A DNA stretch of 64,000 bases from Podarcis filfolensis. Taxonomy: Eukaryota. The stretch lies in the NCBI GenBank assembly GCA_964270895.1, contig OZ185437.1; one strand, written 5' to 3'. Positions 1-13,107 of this stretch are shown in pieces. The notes below the pieces were generated by a model. The model did no database searches, was not told where the DNA came from, and saw only the letters and a list, made by a program, of their open reading frames with translations. Position 1 is the stretch's first letter, and each line of letters opens with the position of its first letter. A program made the translations under genes and the position numbers.

Positions 1-62
1 CATGCATTCCTTTGGGTCCCTACCTGTACCTTTTAGCAAACCTCTAACACACAACACTCAGC

Positions 63-214
63 CTGGATAGCTCAGTTGGCTAGAGCTGCTGCTGACAATG
101 CCAAGGTTGCAAGTTTGATTCCCATATGGAACAGCTGCATATCCCTGCATTGCAGGGGGTTGGACTAGATGATCCTCAGGGTCCCTTCCAACTCTACAAT
201 TCTATGATTCTATG
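63..214 (+). mobile_element. tRNA-Ile-like-headed SINE with CR1-type 3' tail
   Basis: Head GGATAGCTCAGTTGGCTAGAGC...GCCAAGGTTGCAAGTTTGATTCCC resembles tRNA-Ile; tail GGTCCCTTCCAACTCTACAATTCTATGATTCTATG. Confidence 0.7.
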
Positions 215-3200
215 TCACTATTCACAGCTCAGAGAGACAAAGAAGATGCCTTTAAAACAGCTTCCCAGTGCTTCCCATTGAACTGTGTATGGTACAGCAG
301 AGGACTCTGGGGGCAAAACTGGTCATTCCTTCTCCAAGCCAGTCAGGAGCTGATGGGAGATCAATAGAAGGTCTGGGAATTAAAAGAACTGATTCAGGAC
401 CTATGTCCTCACTCTGTTTATAACCCAAGAAGCTGCCACTTACCAAATCAGATTAGCACAATATTGCATGTCTTCCCCTGGAGGAAGCTTCAGGTTTGTG
501 GGATCTACTTCTTTTGCTCACTTTAGTGTTAAAATAAAAACCTCCAAGAGCCACCAGCTTTGTACAAAAGGCATGCACTCAGGGAATTCTGAGCCCAGGA
601 ATTTGCTTTGGGGAGCAGAAGTGAACAGAACTCAGTCTGCTCACACAAAAAACCATTCCTGCTCACCCCAAGTGTTTTTTTATTCCAGCACTATAATTTT
701 AGGGTGCAGAGTCACTTTGTTGCTGCAGTTGAGAATCAGAAATCCTCGCTGATCTACTGCAAATCACCCAGAGATTTGCCTTCTACTTACCCCAAAACAC
801 CCCCCAGGTTCTCGGGCAGAGGAGTAGCCTTTTCTCATCTTCTGAATTTTCTATGAGGAAATGCCAGGGACCTTCTGCATCCAACCCAATGCTCCACTGC
901 TAAGCAACAGTCCCTCCTCAAATTAAGTTCTGCTTTGTTGACTAAAGAGCATATGTTACAAACTTTTATAATAAGCAACAGAAACTGAATACAAGGAATG
1001 ACACTATTCATCCATTACCACTTCGCTCTGGTGCCCCCCCCCTTAGGAAGTAAGATGGGAAATGCATGCAACTGAACCATTTATCCAATAATAGCTATGA
1101 AAGGGAAGGAAAAAAGGGGGCTAAGAAACCGAAACAAATATGAACACTGTTGATACCAAGAAGCCAATAGACTCTCCAGAAAAATAAAAGAGGGGAATTC
1201 CACACTTGTCCAGTGCATATTTTTTTAACTGTCTTAACTGACCTCTTTTACCAAGAAAAACTGTCCGACAGTAACCTTTTTACAATACTGTGGTATCAAT
1301 ACACATCTCTCTCTCTCTCTCTCTCTCCCCTAATCAACACTTTCCTCCCTGCTATTCCAGTTTCTCAGCCTCCTTGCAGTATTATATACCTGACTAATTA
1401 ACTGTGCCTGGTGGCCTGATGTTACCAAGGTGGCAGCTGTAGATTTTAGAGCATGGGTATCCTAAAGGTGAGGAACGGGAGTTGCTCTTGCCCACAGGGA
1501 CAAAGACCTGTTTTGGAAATATGCACTTTTCCTAAAAATGTACAAACACCAAACTGAGCTATTTCAATCCTCTCTATTTCAAACCTCTTTGGATTTCCAT
1601 AACTGCTTTCGCCAACCCTTTTCATATTGTGGAATTTTCCCATCAGTTTCAGGAAACAAAGATCACATGAGAGACTCCTGCACGAAGGACTATAAAGGAT
1701 AAATACATAAAGGGACATTTGTGAAGAAAGGAACAGAAGCCCTTCCTTTCAAAGAGAAAGCCAAAGGCAACACCAGTGAAAATATAATGTCACAGACTTC
1801 AGAGGCTTTTCAGTATTAAGACTGAAGCCACATCTTGTTTGCTGCTCTTTTTTTAAAGGAAGACCCATCTGGGATCATAGGTGAAAGCCTTCTTGTGCAA
1901 TAAGCTCACATTGCTGTGTAATTTAAGATGCACAGAGGTTAATTGAACTAAAAGTGCGCACACCAAATCTACAAAGGCAGCAAATTCAAAATTGAGGAAT
2001 TTTGTGATAGTGTTGGGTCTCACTCAGTGGAATGCATCCTAAAAGCTTCCAGGGGCACTAGCTACTAATCCAAGGTAAACAAAGTATTAGACAGTACAAT
2101 TTTCCTCATTTAAGGAAAATTGGGATTGGCACCATATAAGCAATAGGGAGTCTTCAGCACACAGGCAGAAGATGTAGTTTTTCCTAAGCCATACTCATTT
2201 GTCTATCACCTGTGGTCTTATGATGCATGTGACAGATAAACCTGAAGGGTGAAACTGAACAGAAATCATTCTTCTTTTCCACCCTCAGGTAGAGCTCAGT
2301 GCTTGTCAAATTTGGTGCCTTTATCTGTTGCCCTGCACAACAGAGCCTAATAGTGCACTCCCAATCTTTCCTTTGCAAACGAGATCCTGCTCTCTCTTTA
2401 GGAAATAAAGAAAGCTTTAAGTTCCTGAACAAAGTACAAGATATAAGAAGCTTTTATGTTTAAAATGATAGGATAAAAATGCAACTGATTTTAAAAATAA
2501 TCATCATGATTTAATCATCTTTCCTTTGCAGATGACTATGGCCAATTGGGTTTCTTCCAATCAATGGCAAGTCCAATCACTGGAAAGGGAATGACAAATG
2601 TGCACATCTGCATATGAGGAAGAGCTAAAGTATTTGGATACAAGTCCTGCCAAGATTCCTCATTCACTCAGGTACCTTTTTCTACACAGGAAACAAGAGT
2701 GAAAGATGGTGACTTTCCCCAAGACTGACAAACTGGATCAGTGCCAGAGGTAGTACATAAATCTAGGCTTCCCAAGGTCTATCCAGGTAACTCAAAACTG
2801 CTGTGTAGCTAGATAGCTGGAGAATTCACAGAATCCTTAACATTATGCATCCCTACATGTTATTACTTGCCCCAGCATCTTACCTTGCATACATGCCAAT
2901 TAGACTGGCACATTTTGGCTGGGCAATGTTCCCATGAACTAGTGCCTCACTGGCATTAATTCATTTCCCAGATGCCTGGGAATGCCCAGTTGCTGAATGG
3001 TAACAGTTGTTAATGTTTGCTTTCTTCTAGAGCAAGCCAAGGAGGTACTTGCAACAGAAGAATGCAAAATTGCTCCACCACAACCTGCTGGTCTAGTGGA
3101 AATAATGAAAAGTCATGATAGTTTATTCCACTGGCAGGAGGGCAGGGGGCACTAATAAAACTTTGTCATAGAAGTGACTGGGGGAAGGGGGAGATCGCAT

Positions 3201-5149
3201 GTTCTAGCAAGTGCTGTCTTTGTAATAAAAAAATTTCTAGATAACAGAACCGATTGCCCTTGGTCTCGGCTTATTTTTAAAATCCCAAACAGTTTAAGCC
3301 CTGGATATATTTGAGACCCACACCTAGAACTCCACCTATGAGATGCCAGCACTCAAAATACCTCATGTAATCTGGAATTCCCATCTACCTGGATTAAGCG
3401 AGTGATCATTCATTTGCTGTAGCAGATTCTACCATGGAAGCTTGCTCTTCCCAACCCTCCATTACTCCCTTCTCACCATTACAAACTGCTAGAAAATATT
3501 TTCTAGGCCTGGTCTACACATTAACAGAATAAGGTGGAAGTAAGGAGGCAGAATGGAATGTTTCACTTCAGGCTGCAAATGGGAACCATAAATTTGAACC
3601 CTTCTGTATGGGAAAATCCCATGCAAAATAGCAAATTAACAAATCAGGGAAAGTACCTTCCTCCCTGTGCAAATTGCAAAGTGTCCCGCACCTGTATTGA
3701 CTGTACCATTACAGGTTTCTACTGCCTGTATAGATCAGGCTTCATTTAAGTGCATTTTAGAGATGTCATGATTAGTTTCCAGTCAGTATCTTCCCTTCTA
3801 AAATGTGTGCTTTAATATTTTATGGCACTGTTGGAATTACTGTAGTAAGTTATGTTTTGTAAAGCAAACTGAATATGAGTTGCCAGTGGTGCTAAAAAAA
3901 TAAGACTTGGATGGGAAGTAACATCTGATATCCACAGATGTCAGCTTCTGTGTATTGAGAACTCGGTGCATGCTCCTTCCAGCTCAACTTCTAAAATCCA
4001 TGGGTGACAGAAATGAAGCATGAACGCCCAATGTAATTTCCATTTAATTTAGCACAGTCAGTTCCAATGTGTACACATCCTGAAGCCAAAAATTGAGTCA
4101 ACACATTTAAAAATCTAAAAAAGAACAGTCATCGTGAAATTCTTCACCTTGTGGTTTTTGAGACATTTGTGTAAGCGATATCAGCCATGGCGCTAGAAGC
4201 ATCTTTGGAATGAAAGCAGAGATTCAGAATCTCCCATTCATAGGACATGCACACTCACTGTGGACAAGAAGATGAGACTCAAGATATCGGAATGAAACAT
4301 TCGCCCTTGCAAAGTCTTATTAGACTATTCAGCCTGTATTACAGTGATTCTTACGCAATGGGAGTTTGGATCCTCTTCTTCTAAAGCATCCAAGAAGATT
4401 TCTGGAAGTTTTCATCTTAAGAGAGTCCCTCTGCTTTAACATCTCCTTGCATAAATTTGATATTCATTACAAGTTTCCCCATTCCACTCCCTCCTCCAAT
4501 CACAGAAGAGCTAGACACTTGCATTAAGAATACTTGCTCAGCCTCCTGCATAGGCAATGAGCTAATTCAACTGTGCAAGAACTTACGGGGGTGGGGGAAT
4601 TCTTATGATCTCTCCATCCCTTCATGCATTAAAAGCATGTGCAAGGGGTTTGTGCTGCCCACCCTAATCAATACAAACGCTTGGCAGTTTCGCCTGTACT
4701 TGCACACGGCCTCTTCCGAGATCTGCATAAGGCTCCTCCGCACAAGAGCATATCCAGGTTGGCCCAAGGGTCTCATCACACAAAGGCAGCCCAGGGGGCA
4801 TGGCAGGTGGCAGAAGAGCTGGGCTAGCCAGCACAACTCCTTCATGCATGCTTTCCATTTGGAAGAGGGATAATGCAAACTTCCTTTATGTCTCTCATAT
4901 ATGCTAAGCCTCCAGCTGTCACCTGGTCTATGCCAAGTGCCTTCTAACTGCACCTATTACAAAACTCAGCATCTTTTTTTCCCCACTGAAAGATTACAAA
5001 TTCTAAAACAACCCAACATCTGCATGGTAATCATTTCCAGTTGCACCACGTAAGACTAATTTAGGATTATGCTGGAGAAGCATCGAGAATTCTTTGAAGA
5101 TAATAACTATTCTCTCAAATCTAAACACGTCACCGGGGAGCAAATCTCT

Positions 5150-5990
5150 TTTCTATGTTTTATTATAAAATTTTGTTAATTTTATTCCATATTACATCAC
5201 AATGCAAATATACCAAAGCCTTTACCACATCATCCCCATCCCCACATATATTTATCATTTAAATCCTCAATCAAACATAATATTCTTTTGTCCCTCCCCC
5301 CGCTTCCCTCCACCCCCACTCGATTTCCTCTACATTCTGAGATTACATTTATCTTTGCATTCTACAGACTTCTCAATTTATCTATGTATTCTTATTGTCC
5401 TTCCTTACTAACTTACATTCACTCAAATACTTTACATTTCTAATCTAGGCATATTAGCATATCTTTTTTTGAGCAATATTTTTCCATATATTCATCAAAA
5501 CATTTCCACTCCTTTTTTAATTTTTGATTCAATTGAATTCTTGTAATAGCTGTTAGGTTTTGCCAAAGCTAAGTATTCATTTAATTTACAAATCCATTCC
5601 TCCCTTGAAGGTAGAGTTTGTGATTTCCATTTAGCAGCAATCACTACTCTAGCTGCTGTGCTTGCATATAAGATTCTACCCCCCCCCCGTACCTCTTCCC
5701 CTATCAATCCAAGGAGATGTATCTCTGGTTTTTTAATTATTGATATTTTCAGCATCTTCTTTAATTCTTCATGTATTACTGTCCAGAATTTCTTAATTTC
5801 CTCACACCTCCACCACATATGTACTGTTGTTCCTATTTCTTTACCACATCTCCAACAAAGGTTGGAGAGTTAAGTCTCTTAACTGATGAAATCCAACTTT
5901 ATATATCTTTGCCAACTTAGCTGGTATTGGATACCACCTGTGGAAAATCTTAACAAAATTTTCTTTGTGTCTGAGGCGGTAAATCAAATA
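5150..5990 (-). mobile_element. 5'-truncated, decayed L1-like LINE (ORF2 C-terminal Cys-rich region plus 3' tail)
   Basis: Minus-strand translation HRWYPIPAKLAKIY...CWRCGKEIG...HMWWRCEEIKKFW...AARVVIAAKWK, with frameshifts and stops; boundaries approximate. Confidence 0.8.
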
Positions 5991-6086
5991 TCTTCTTGCC
6001 AGAGTTTTGGGGAGCAAGTCTCTTAACTGATGCTTCAGCAGTGCTACCGGTAGCTTGTTATCAGTTGATTAGGCCTGCCTTGGTTC

Positions 6087-6117
<31 letters not shown>

Positions 6118-6330
6118 TACATACTTCATAAAGTTTATATGCTGCTTGAGGAAAACCTCAGAGCAGTTTACAAAAGATAAAACAGTAAAAAATAAATAAA
6201 TCCCAGAATAAATCTCAACCATACTTTAAAACATACAAAAGTTAAAATACTAAAACAAACTAAAATCACCACATCTTTCCACGCTTGTCTAAACCAGAAT
6301 GTTTTTTTGCAGGTGCCGAAACAGTTAAGA
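6087..6330 (-). mobile_element. L2-like LINE 3' end with (TAAA)n tail
   Basis: Minus strand reads ...KKTFWFRQAW, like the L2 ORF2 end KTxLFxQAF, followed by an AT-rich 3' UTR and TTTA microsatellite. Confidence 0.55.
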
Positions 6331-6372
6331 CCAATTATCATAAGATCCTTCTTTTTGAGGATGCACATATAC

Positions 6373-6509
6373 GGGATAGCTCAGCTGGTACTGCATGAGA
6401 CTCTTAATCTCAGGGTTGTTGGTTTAAGCCCCACCTTGGGCAAAAGATTGCTGCATTGCAGAGGGTTGAACTAGATGACCCTTGGGGTCCCTTCCAACTC
6501 TATGATTCT
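6373..6509 (+). mobile_element. tRNA-Lys(CTT)-like-headed SINE with CR1-type 3' tail
   Basis: Head GGATAGCTCAGCTGGTACTGCATGAGACTCTTAATCTCAGGGTT closely follows tRNA-Lys(CTT); same tail as the element at 63-214. Confidence 0.75.
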
Positions 6510-9500
6510 GTTGCAGCAGGCACCTCTTAGAAGAGGCATTTCCTCCTGTGTGAAAGTGGAGGGCATGCATGCTATCTGCAAGATTTTTGTAAGTACTCAT
6601 ACTAAAAACAACGTAATTTTAAAAATAAAGTGCATTGCACAAATTATTCTGAGATGCCTCTTTGGTTGATTAACACAGCAGCTTTGATTAAGCCAATCTA
6701 GATCAGTAAAAGGCTACAGCCCTACTGCGCAAAGCTATTGTCCTCCTTTGTTCAAGGCTAAATTTGAACATCCCACAAGAGCCACATGTTCCAGGCCAGG
6801 CAGGAAAGCCTAAGCAGTTTTTTAAACTATCGCTTACCTACAGGCACCACCACATGAAGAGCAAACATCCCCAACCCAACCCCTATCAGGACAAGCTTTA
6901 AATATACTCAATGACCTTCCAAGTCTCTGCTCTACAAACCTCAGTCTAGAAGTCACCGACACGTGATTTCCCAACAGTCAGTAGAGAGTATGGTACTTAA
7001 CCACATGCCACAGTTAGGCTTCCCTGCCGTCGCCTACTCCCACTAGAGACCACATGCATATTCGGTCCTACCAAAATAGATACAACTGTTTCCATACAGT
7101 AAAAAAAAGGTAGTTGTCATCTCATTGCCACTCAGGTTGGGGAATCCTGTGCCTCACTAGACCAAGCAGCTACAAGGCAAAACAAAATGGCAGCCACACA
7201 CAAATGAAATTGGTCAGTATTCCACTGCCAGATTAGAAGACTTCCTCACAGTGGAATTTCATTCCCTATCAGTGGGGACTAGAGGTCACCATTATCTTTT
7301 TCACAGCAGTCTTTCTCCTCACACTGTGTAACTAAGCATCCTCTAGCAATAGGGAGTGGGGAACCTTAGGCACTCCAGACTCTGTTAAGAATACAATTCT
7401 CATCATCTTTGACCATGGGTCATGCTGGCTTTGGCTGACAGGAGTTGTAACCCAACAACTTGTGGGAGGGCCGCAGGTTTCCCATCCCGGTCTTGTGGAC
7501 ATCTCACCTTGAGTCATGATGATCTTCACTGCCTTGCACTTGCAAACAGAACTCTCCATGTATTAAGAGTCCTATCCAACACAAAGAGGGTTCTGTGCTG
7601 ATTAAAAAAAAAACGGAACCATTATCTTGCGTCAAGAATGCCTGGAGTCAGATTTTGAAGGTCTCAAGTTTTAGCCACTTAAAAGTAGTTTTAACTAGCT
7701 TTAGTAAATCATCAACATCTACCGGGGTGGCCTGGACTACAGCTGGAATATATGTAAACCGCTTCAAGACTGATTCAATAGTTTCATTTCTAGGAAATGT
7801 GGATGAAGTGGGACCAGAAAACCCTCCAAGAATTCTGGATTCAGGAAAAAGAACAGAGTTGCCATATGTCCAGAATTTCCCAGACATACCTGGAATACTA
7901 CAGTCAGAAGCAGTGTTTGGGTGGAAATCGTCAAAATGCCTTGGAAAATCCAGACATATGGCAACCCATATCAGCACTGTCAACAACTTTTGTGTCCGGA
8001 TTTTCACTTGTTGAAATACGGCAACCCTATACAAAGATCCATTTAAGTCCCCTTTGCAGGTCTACTGTGGAATGTACTACAATTGCAGAATTCAGAACAC
8101 CTGGACAAAGAGGGATTGAGGAGAGAAGAAGAAAGAATGGGTGTGTGACTGGAGAGCAAACGTGTAGAAAAACTTGGAGAACAGCATGAAGACCTGGTTA
8201 AAATAAAGTATCATAGGAGGGAAGCGGGGAGGAATTAACACACATTTCTGCAGTTTATAGCCACCCTTTTGAAGGGTGGGATATGTACCCCATAAAACAA
8301 AAAACGCAAGAAAGTAGCTATGTGTTGAATTTGAAGCTGAACAAATGCACATACAGTACTCCACTGAAAAGTGATGTACAGGAGGAATAGGAAAATTCTA
8401 TTCCATGATGGACAATTCACATATGGAAGACATCACTTGATGTCCATGTGTAAACCAACACTGAGCATGTTGTTTTTTGTACAACAGACCAACATAGCTC
8501 CAGCAAACACACATGCAATTTGGAATGATTAAAAAACACCAATCCAATTCAGAACCATCTCCATTCTCACTATGGCAGCTGTTAAAAAAAAACAGGAAGC
8601 AGAAATTTGAAGCCACAAACTTCTGTTCTTTCATCACTAGAACTGTTACAAGGAAGTGATATTGTTCAGTGGAGACTGCTGAGAAACCATGAATAAAGTA
8701 CCCGTAATTCCCACTCTGCCACTTAGGATGCTCTCAGCCAAAGGGAACATTGTTGGCCAGCTATTGCCCAGAGTGGCTGGGCAACCCAGTCAGATGGGAG
8801 GGGAATAAATAATAAAATTACTACTGTTGTTCTTCTTTTGAGTAAAACAAGGCAACAAGTTCAAATAGATCATTCTATATGGAATCAGGTGTTGTCACCG
8901 CCTTGACTCCTGGAGGGGACACCTCTCACTGCTTCTACCCAAGCCTCCAAACTAGGAGAGGCATGGAAGCACTTGCAAAATAAGATGCATCTTCTTGTTT
9001 CCCCACCCTCTCTACAAACAATTGATTAGGTTGGAGACTTTCCCCACCATCTAATTTCAAACTTAGCATTTCCCCCCTCCATAGCTATAGACTTATCTAG
9101 GAGGTAGGAGAACCAATCAACAATAACCAGCCTATGTTTGAAAACTGCAGGTTCCTGACAAACACAGAGCTGGAGGCAGAAGTGATTTAATGGTGTGGAG
9201 GAGAGAGCCGAAAGGAAATGTTGAACTCTTCCCCCATGCCCAGACCTTCTCCCTGGTAGGGCATACTTTTCATGTCGCGTCCAAAGGCAAAAGCAACACA
9301 GGGGGGTAGAAAGGTGACTTGAGAGAAAAAGGATGAATGGATGAGGGTTCAGCAGCTACTGCACCACCAGCAGCCACTCATTCTACACCAAGCTGTCCCC
9401 CATGCTGCCATTTTAATCTGTTCAGCACACAGGTCACACTGCCATAGTGTCTATAGTTAGCCCAGCCATGCCAGAGTGGAAACTGGAAACATCCGGCAGG

Positions 9501-11096
9501 CTGGAAAAAGCAGAAACGGCTCATCGCATCAGAGATGCAGGATCAGGAGGAAGTTAGGAGGCCACAGACGGTGTATTAGTTATGGTAAACCAACAGCGGA
9601 GAGTCAATCTTATTACTTCCTGCTTGATATGAAACCCCCACTCTCCAAATGTACAGGATTACATTTTACAAGCACAAAGCCCCCAAGAGCGAACCTAAAA
9701 GCTCCGGAAAAACATGTGTCAGATCAGAGCCCCAAGAGAAACTAGCACTACTACATCACAGAAGTCATGTGGGCTTGAGATGTTTGCCTTTCACACTACT
9801 AAGTCATCAAACTTGCCTCTACTCTACAAAGGCGGCTATAAAAAGCATAAATGGCTTAGAGGTCATGGAAAACTTAATGGATGCCCCAATTTCACCACTT
9901 CTTCTTTTTTTTAAGGCAAGAACAACTTGCGTAGAAGCAGACTCCCAGCAAGCATCCCCATGCTAGGTTGGTTGTGCAATTGGAAATGTCAACTATTGCT
10001 TCCCAAAACTCCATGGATCTTTCAGCCAGAGATCCAAGGTGATATGAGGGGGCTGGATTTGGAGTCAACACCCCCAACCTTTTAGAGTGCCTTGGCAACT
10101 CATTCTGAGCCTCCTGCTCTTTCCACATGCCTACTCCACAGGTTTGTTGTGCAGATGAAGCCATAAAAGATCGGGGATCATTGCACCAATGATCACAGCA
10201 GAGTTTATATGTTCAATCTATTTTCCAATGAACAAATAAGGAACTGAGCAACTCCCATGGAAAAATAAAACTGATACTAAAACTGCTGCCAAACAGGTTT
10301 GCAGAAGGTTGTGAGGGAAGGAACAGAAAGAGGTGCCAAAATAACAACCCCCCTCCCAACATCCATTCAACCCCAACTACGTCCCACATTTAAGGAATTT
10401 CAGAGAAACCTTTGCCAACTGCCTGCATCATATACTTATTGACAAAACACACTTTTTGAAGCAATACAGCTGGATCTGAAGGGCTACCCCATATCTGGGG
10501 ACAAGAAGATCCCATATAAACAATGGGCTGGGCTGCTTTTATTTCAGATGGCACTTTTTAGGCTGTGTCTAGACAGAGGCCGAATACTGCAAACTGGACG
10601 TTTACACCACGATTTTGTCCAGAAACGGAATGTATTGCAGGTGAGTAGGATGTATGGTGAGTAGAATGTATTGCAGGTGAGTAGGATGAGGAGAGAAATA
10701 CGGTACATTATTTTGATTGCAGCATCGTTACATGTAAGCTGCAAAAAAACCCCAAACCAAACTTGTATGCATGAAGATCAGCGATACCACAACACCCTTG
10801 TGTCGGGAAGCACCCTTAAGGTGTTCCTTGAGTTTGGAAATGTTGACTGAGCTAGTAACGTCACCCCTCCCTCCACCCACACGCGACTCCCTCTAGTAGT
10901 TTCCCCGTATTCCCCAGAGTGCAGAAAGCACGCGCGCAGGTGTCTTGCCTCCGTGTGCACGCGCTCGTTCGCACTTTGTTTGATGTTCAGCAGACGCCCC
11001 CACTCGCCCAACCTGCCCCACCCGCGCGCCGACTTTCAAGTCTCCTGTCTCCCACGGACTGAAACAAGCACGTGAGAACGTGCTGGGGTCACTCAC

Positions 11097-11494
11097 GTGT
11101 CTCCGTCCTCCGAGACGAAAGCGAACGTTTCCAGCAGCAGCTGCTGCCGGACCCTTTCGGCCTCTTCCTCCTCTTCCTCTTCGCCAGGGTGCCGAGGGGT
11201 CTCTCCCAGCCCCGCCAAAGACTCGACGAGCGAGGAAGAGCCGTAGCTGGAATCTAGCCGCTCGTCCGGCTCCGACGCCGAGCCCTCCTTGCCTGCGGCC
11301 GCGTCCGGGAAATCGGCAGCCTTGTCCGAGCGGACCCCTCGGGGTGCCGGCGACCGGGGCTCGCCTTCGGGCAGCTGGCCCTGCAGGGAGCGGATAGAGC
11401 CGAGGCCGGAGTCGCACTGCCCTTCTTCCAGGTAGATGCCGCCTTCCACCTGCACGTCCTTCTTGCCGTCGCAGCAGCTCCGGGTTCCCGACAT
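11097..11494 (-). CDS. NFKBIE: NF-kappa-B inhibitor epsilon (IkB-epsilon), coding exon 1; remaining exons not found in the window
   Basis: Perfect Kozak GCCGCCACC-ATG at 11494. Translation contains the IkB degron DSGLGS (11396-11413), a second motif DSSYGSSSL like IkB-epsilon DSTYGSSSL, and ends FVSEDGDT at the start of ankyrin repeat 1. Donor AC|GTGAGT at 11097/11096 (phase 2). Synteny with TMEM151B and TCTE1. Confidence 0.93.
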
Positions 11495-11588
11495 GGTGGC
11501 GGCGGCGCAGGCAGCAGGAGGGGCGTCGAGGCGCGAGGCAAAGCGGAGCCCTGGCGGTGCCTAAAGGCTGGAGCAGAGCCGCGTCCCA

Positions 11589-11597
11589 GGAAACCCC
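11589..11597 (-). promoter_or_regulatory. kappaB-like site (GGGGTTTCC) ~95 nt upstream of the NFKBIE ATG
   Basis: Plus strand GGAAACCCC. NFKBIE is an NF-kB feedback target (established knowledge); function of this site is inferred. Confidence 0.4.
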
Positions 11598-12120
11598 GGC
11601 GGGAGGAAGCGCGGAGGGCGCATAGCCGAGCAGGAGAGGGCGATGCGGCGCGCGTCAAAGAGCCGCGGGGCCAGCAGCTCCGACGCTTAACCAGCCTGAC
11701 TCCGCCCACCTCCGCCGGAGCCAAGCCCGCCTCCGAGGGAACAGGCGCCGCCTAGCGGCAAGACGGTGAACATGAATACACCCGTCGCACGCCCCGACGC
11801 GCACACAGCCAAGCCGTATGCCCGGCGCGACGCACACGTGTCCGCGCATGTACGTGTGAAAGGAGCCCTGGGTAGACTTTGCACCGCTCGCATACGAAAG
11901 CAACGCCGAAGCCCCTATTCAGGATTTTGAACCCACGGACACTGGAAACGTGGAAGGAATAAGAGATCGCGCAAGCTAGGGTCGCACATGGCCCCACCTC
12001 TGGGTGCCAGATTTTCTTTATCAGTTTGAAGGAGGGGGCTATGCAAATGAATAGGACCATATTATGCGGGAAGAGTCAGGGTATCTAGATGCGAAAGAGG
12101 ACTAACTTCTTGCACCTTTA

Positions 12121-12302
12121 GTAGCTTGGATTGAGTCAGACCAACGGTCTATCTAGCTGAGTATTGTTTCTACATTTGACTGGCAGCGGCTGTCTAAGGT
12201 CTCAGGCAAGGGCTCCCCAGCCCTACTTGGTGATGCTGGGGATTGAACTCAGGACGTTCTGCATGCAAAGGAGATGCTCTAGTCTAGCGCTGAGCTTAGG
12301 CC
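12121..12302 (-). mobile_element. tRNA-derived (Ala-like) squamate SINE
   Basis: Reverse complement has A/B-box-like head (...TGCATGCAGAACGTCCTGAGTTCAATCCCC) and a body shared with copies near 29115-29240, 29870-30105 and 31120-31234. Confidence 0.65.
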
Positions 12303-13107
12303 TTCCGTTGCTACAGCAGGTGCAGCGTGCTATGCTGAAATCTCCTTTTCTGCACACCTATCAGAGCTGCAGTAGCCCCGTCCCCTTTGTACCTGATCAC
12401 CTTAGAAAGGAGAGGACTAATTGGGGTTCCCACCTTCAGTGGAGGGAGACAGCCATTGGTGGGGTGGGGGTTGCTTGCCCCCTTCCTTGGAATCCTAAAT
12501 AAATCCTATTTATTTTGAAGCACACAGGCACACTCACAGCCAGCTAGTCTCAAATTGAGGCGGACTTCCAGACTCCAACTTTGCCTTTTTCTCAAGGAGA
12601 GCCTTCCTGGGCCAGCAGGCAGCTCAGCTGGACTCTGCTGGTTCTGATCAAATGCTGCTGCTTCTGTACAAGTTGCAAGATTAGGAAACCCTGGAAATGC
12701 AATGATAATATAAACAAAGGAGTTGTGTTGCCTTTTTGTGTTTAGGTGAGGAGCCTGGGGGTGCTGCTATATCCAGCTGTGCTTTTTTGACGGGCAGGTA
12801 GTGAGGGTGGCCAAGAATAGAAACCAAAAGTGCTGGCAAGGTTCTCGGGAAATGAAAACCCAGTTCTTGGAAATCAGAGGAAGAGAGTGGTATTTAACTA
12901 AGTTTTGCTGAGAATAGACACACTGAAATGGATTAACATGGCTAAGGTAGTCCCATTAATTTCCACAGGTTGGCTCTGAGTAAAACTTAGTTGAATACCA
13001 CCCTTTGTGCTACTGTTTCGATCGGTTAAAGGTGGGCATAAAGGCAGAAGGATTTTCTTAATGAGGTTGCTAGGAAGAGAAAGCAAATAATCTTAAGAGT
13101 TCCACTG

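Larger units (their letters stand above)
10780..11960. promoter_or_regulatory. CpG island / promoter of NFKBIE
   Basis: GC- and CpG-rich stretch spanning exon 1 against a CpG-poor background; E-box CACGTG near 11835; boundaries approximate. Confidence 0.85.

Noticed and set aside
63-135. tRNA-Ile-like sequence here and tRNA-Lys(CTT)-like sequence at 6373-6442 as tRNA genes
   Set aside because: Stems and the T-loop are mutated, there is no oligo-T terminator, and each runs directly into a CR1 tail; they are SINE heads.
2532-2671. Plus-strand segment bounded by TTTCCTTTGCAG and CAG|GTACC, like an exon
   Set aside because: All three frames contain stops and no partner exons are evident; such pairs occur by chance.
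4457-4953. ORFs of 116-138 aa as candidate NFKBIE downstream exons
   Set aside because: No ankyrin consensus (TPLHLA, LHLAV) in the minus-strand frames I checked.
7595-8189. Cluster of overlapping 128-139-aa ORFs on both strands
   Set aside because: No recognisable domain; the interval contains inverted ends (GTTGCCATATGTC / GACATATGGCAAC) suggesting MITE debris.
10893-11903. Additional ORFs overlapping NFKBIE exon 1 and its promoter
   Set aside because: Same CpG-island artefact; only the 11494 frame has IkB motifs, a Kozak context and a splice donor.
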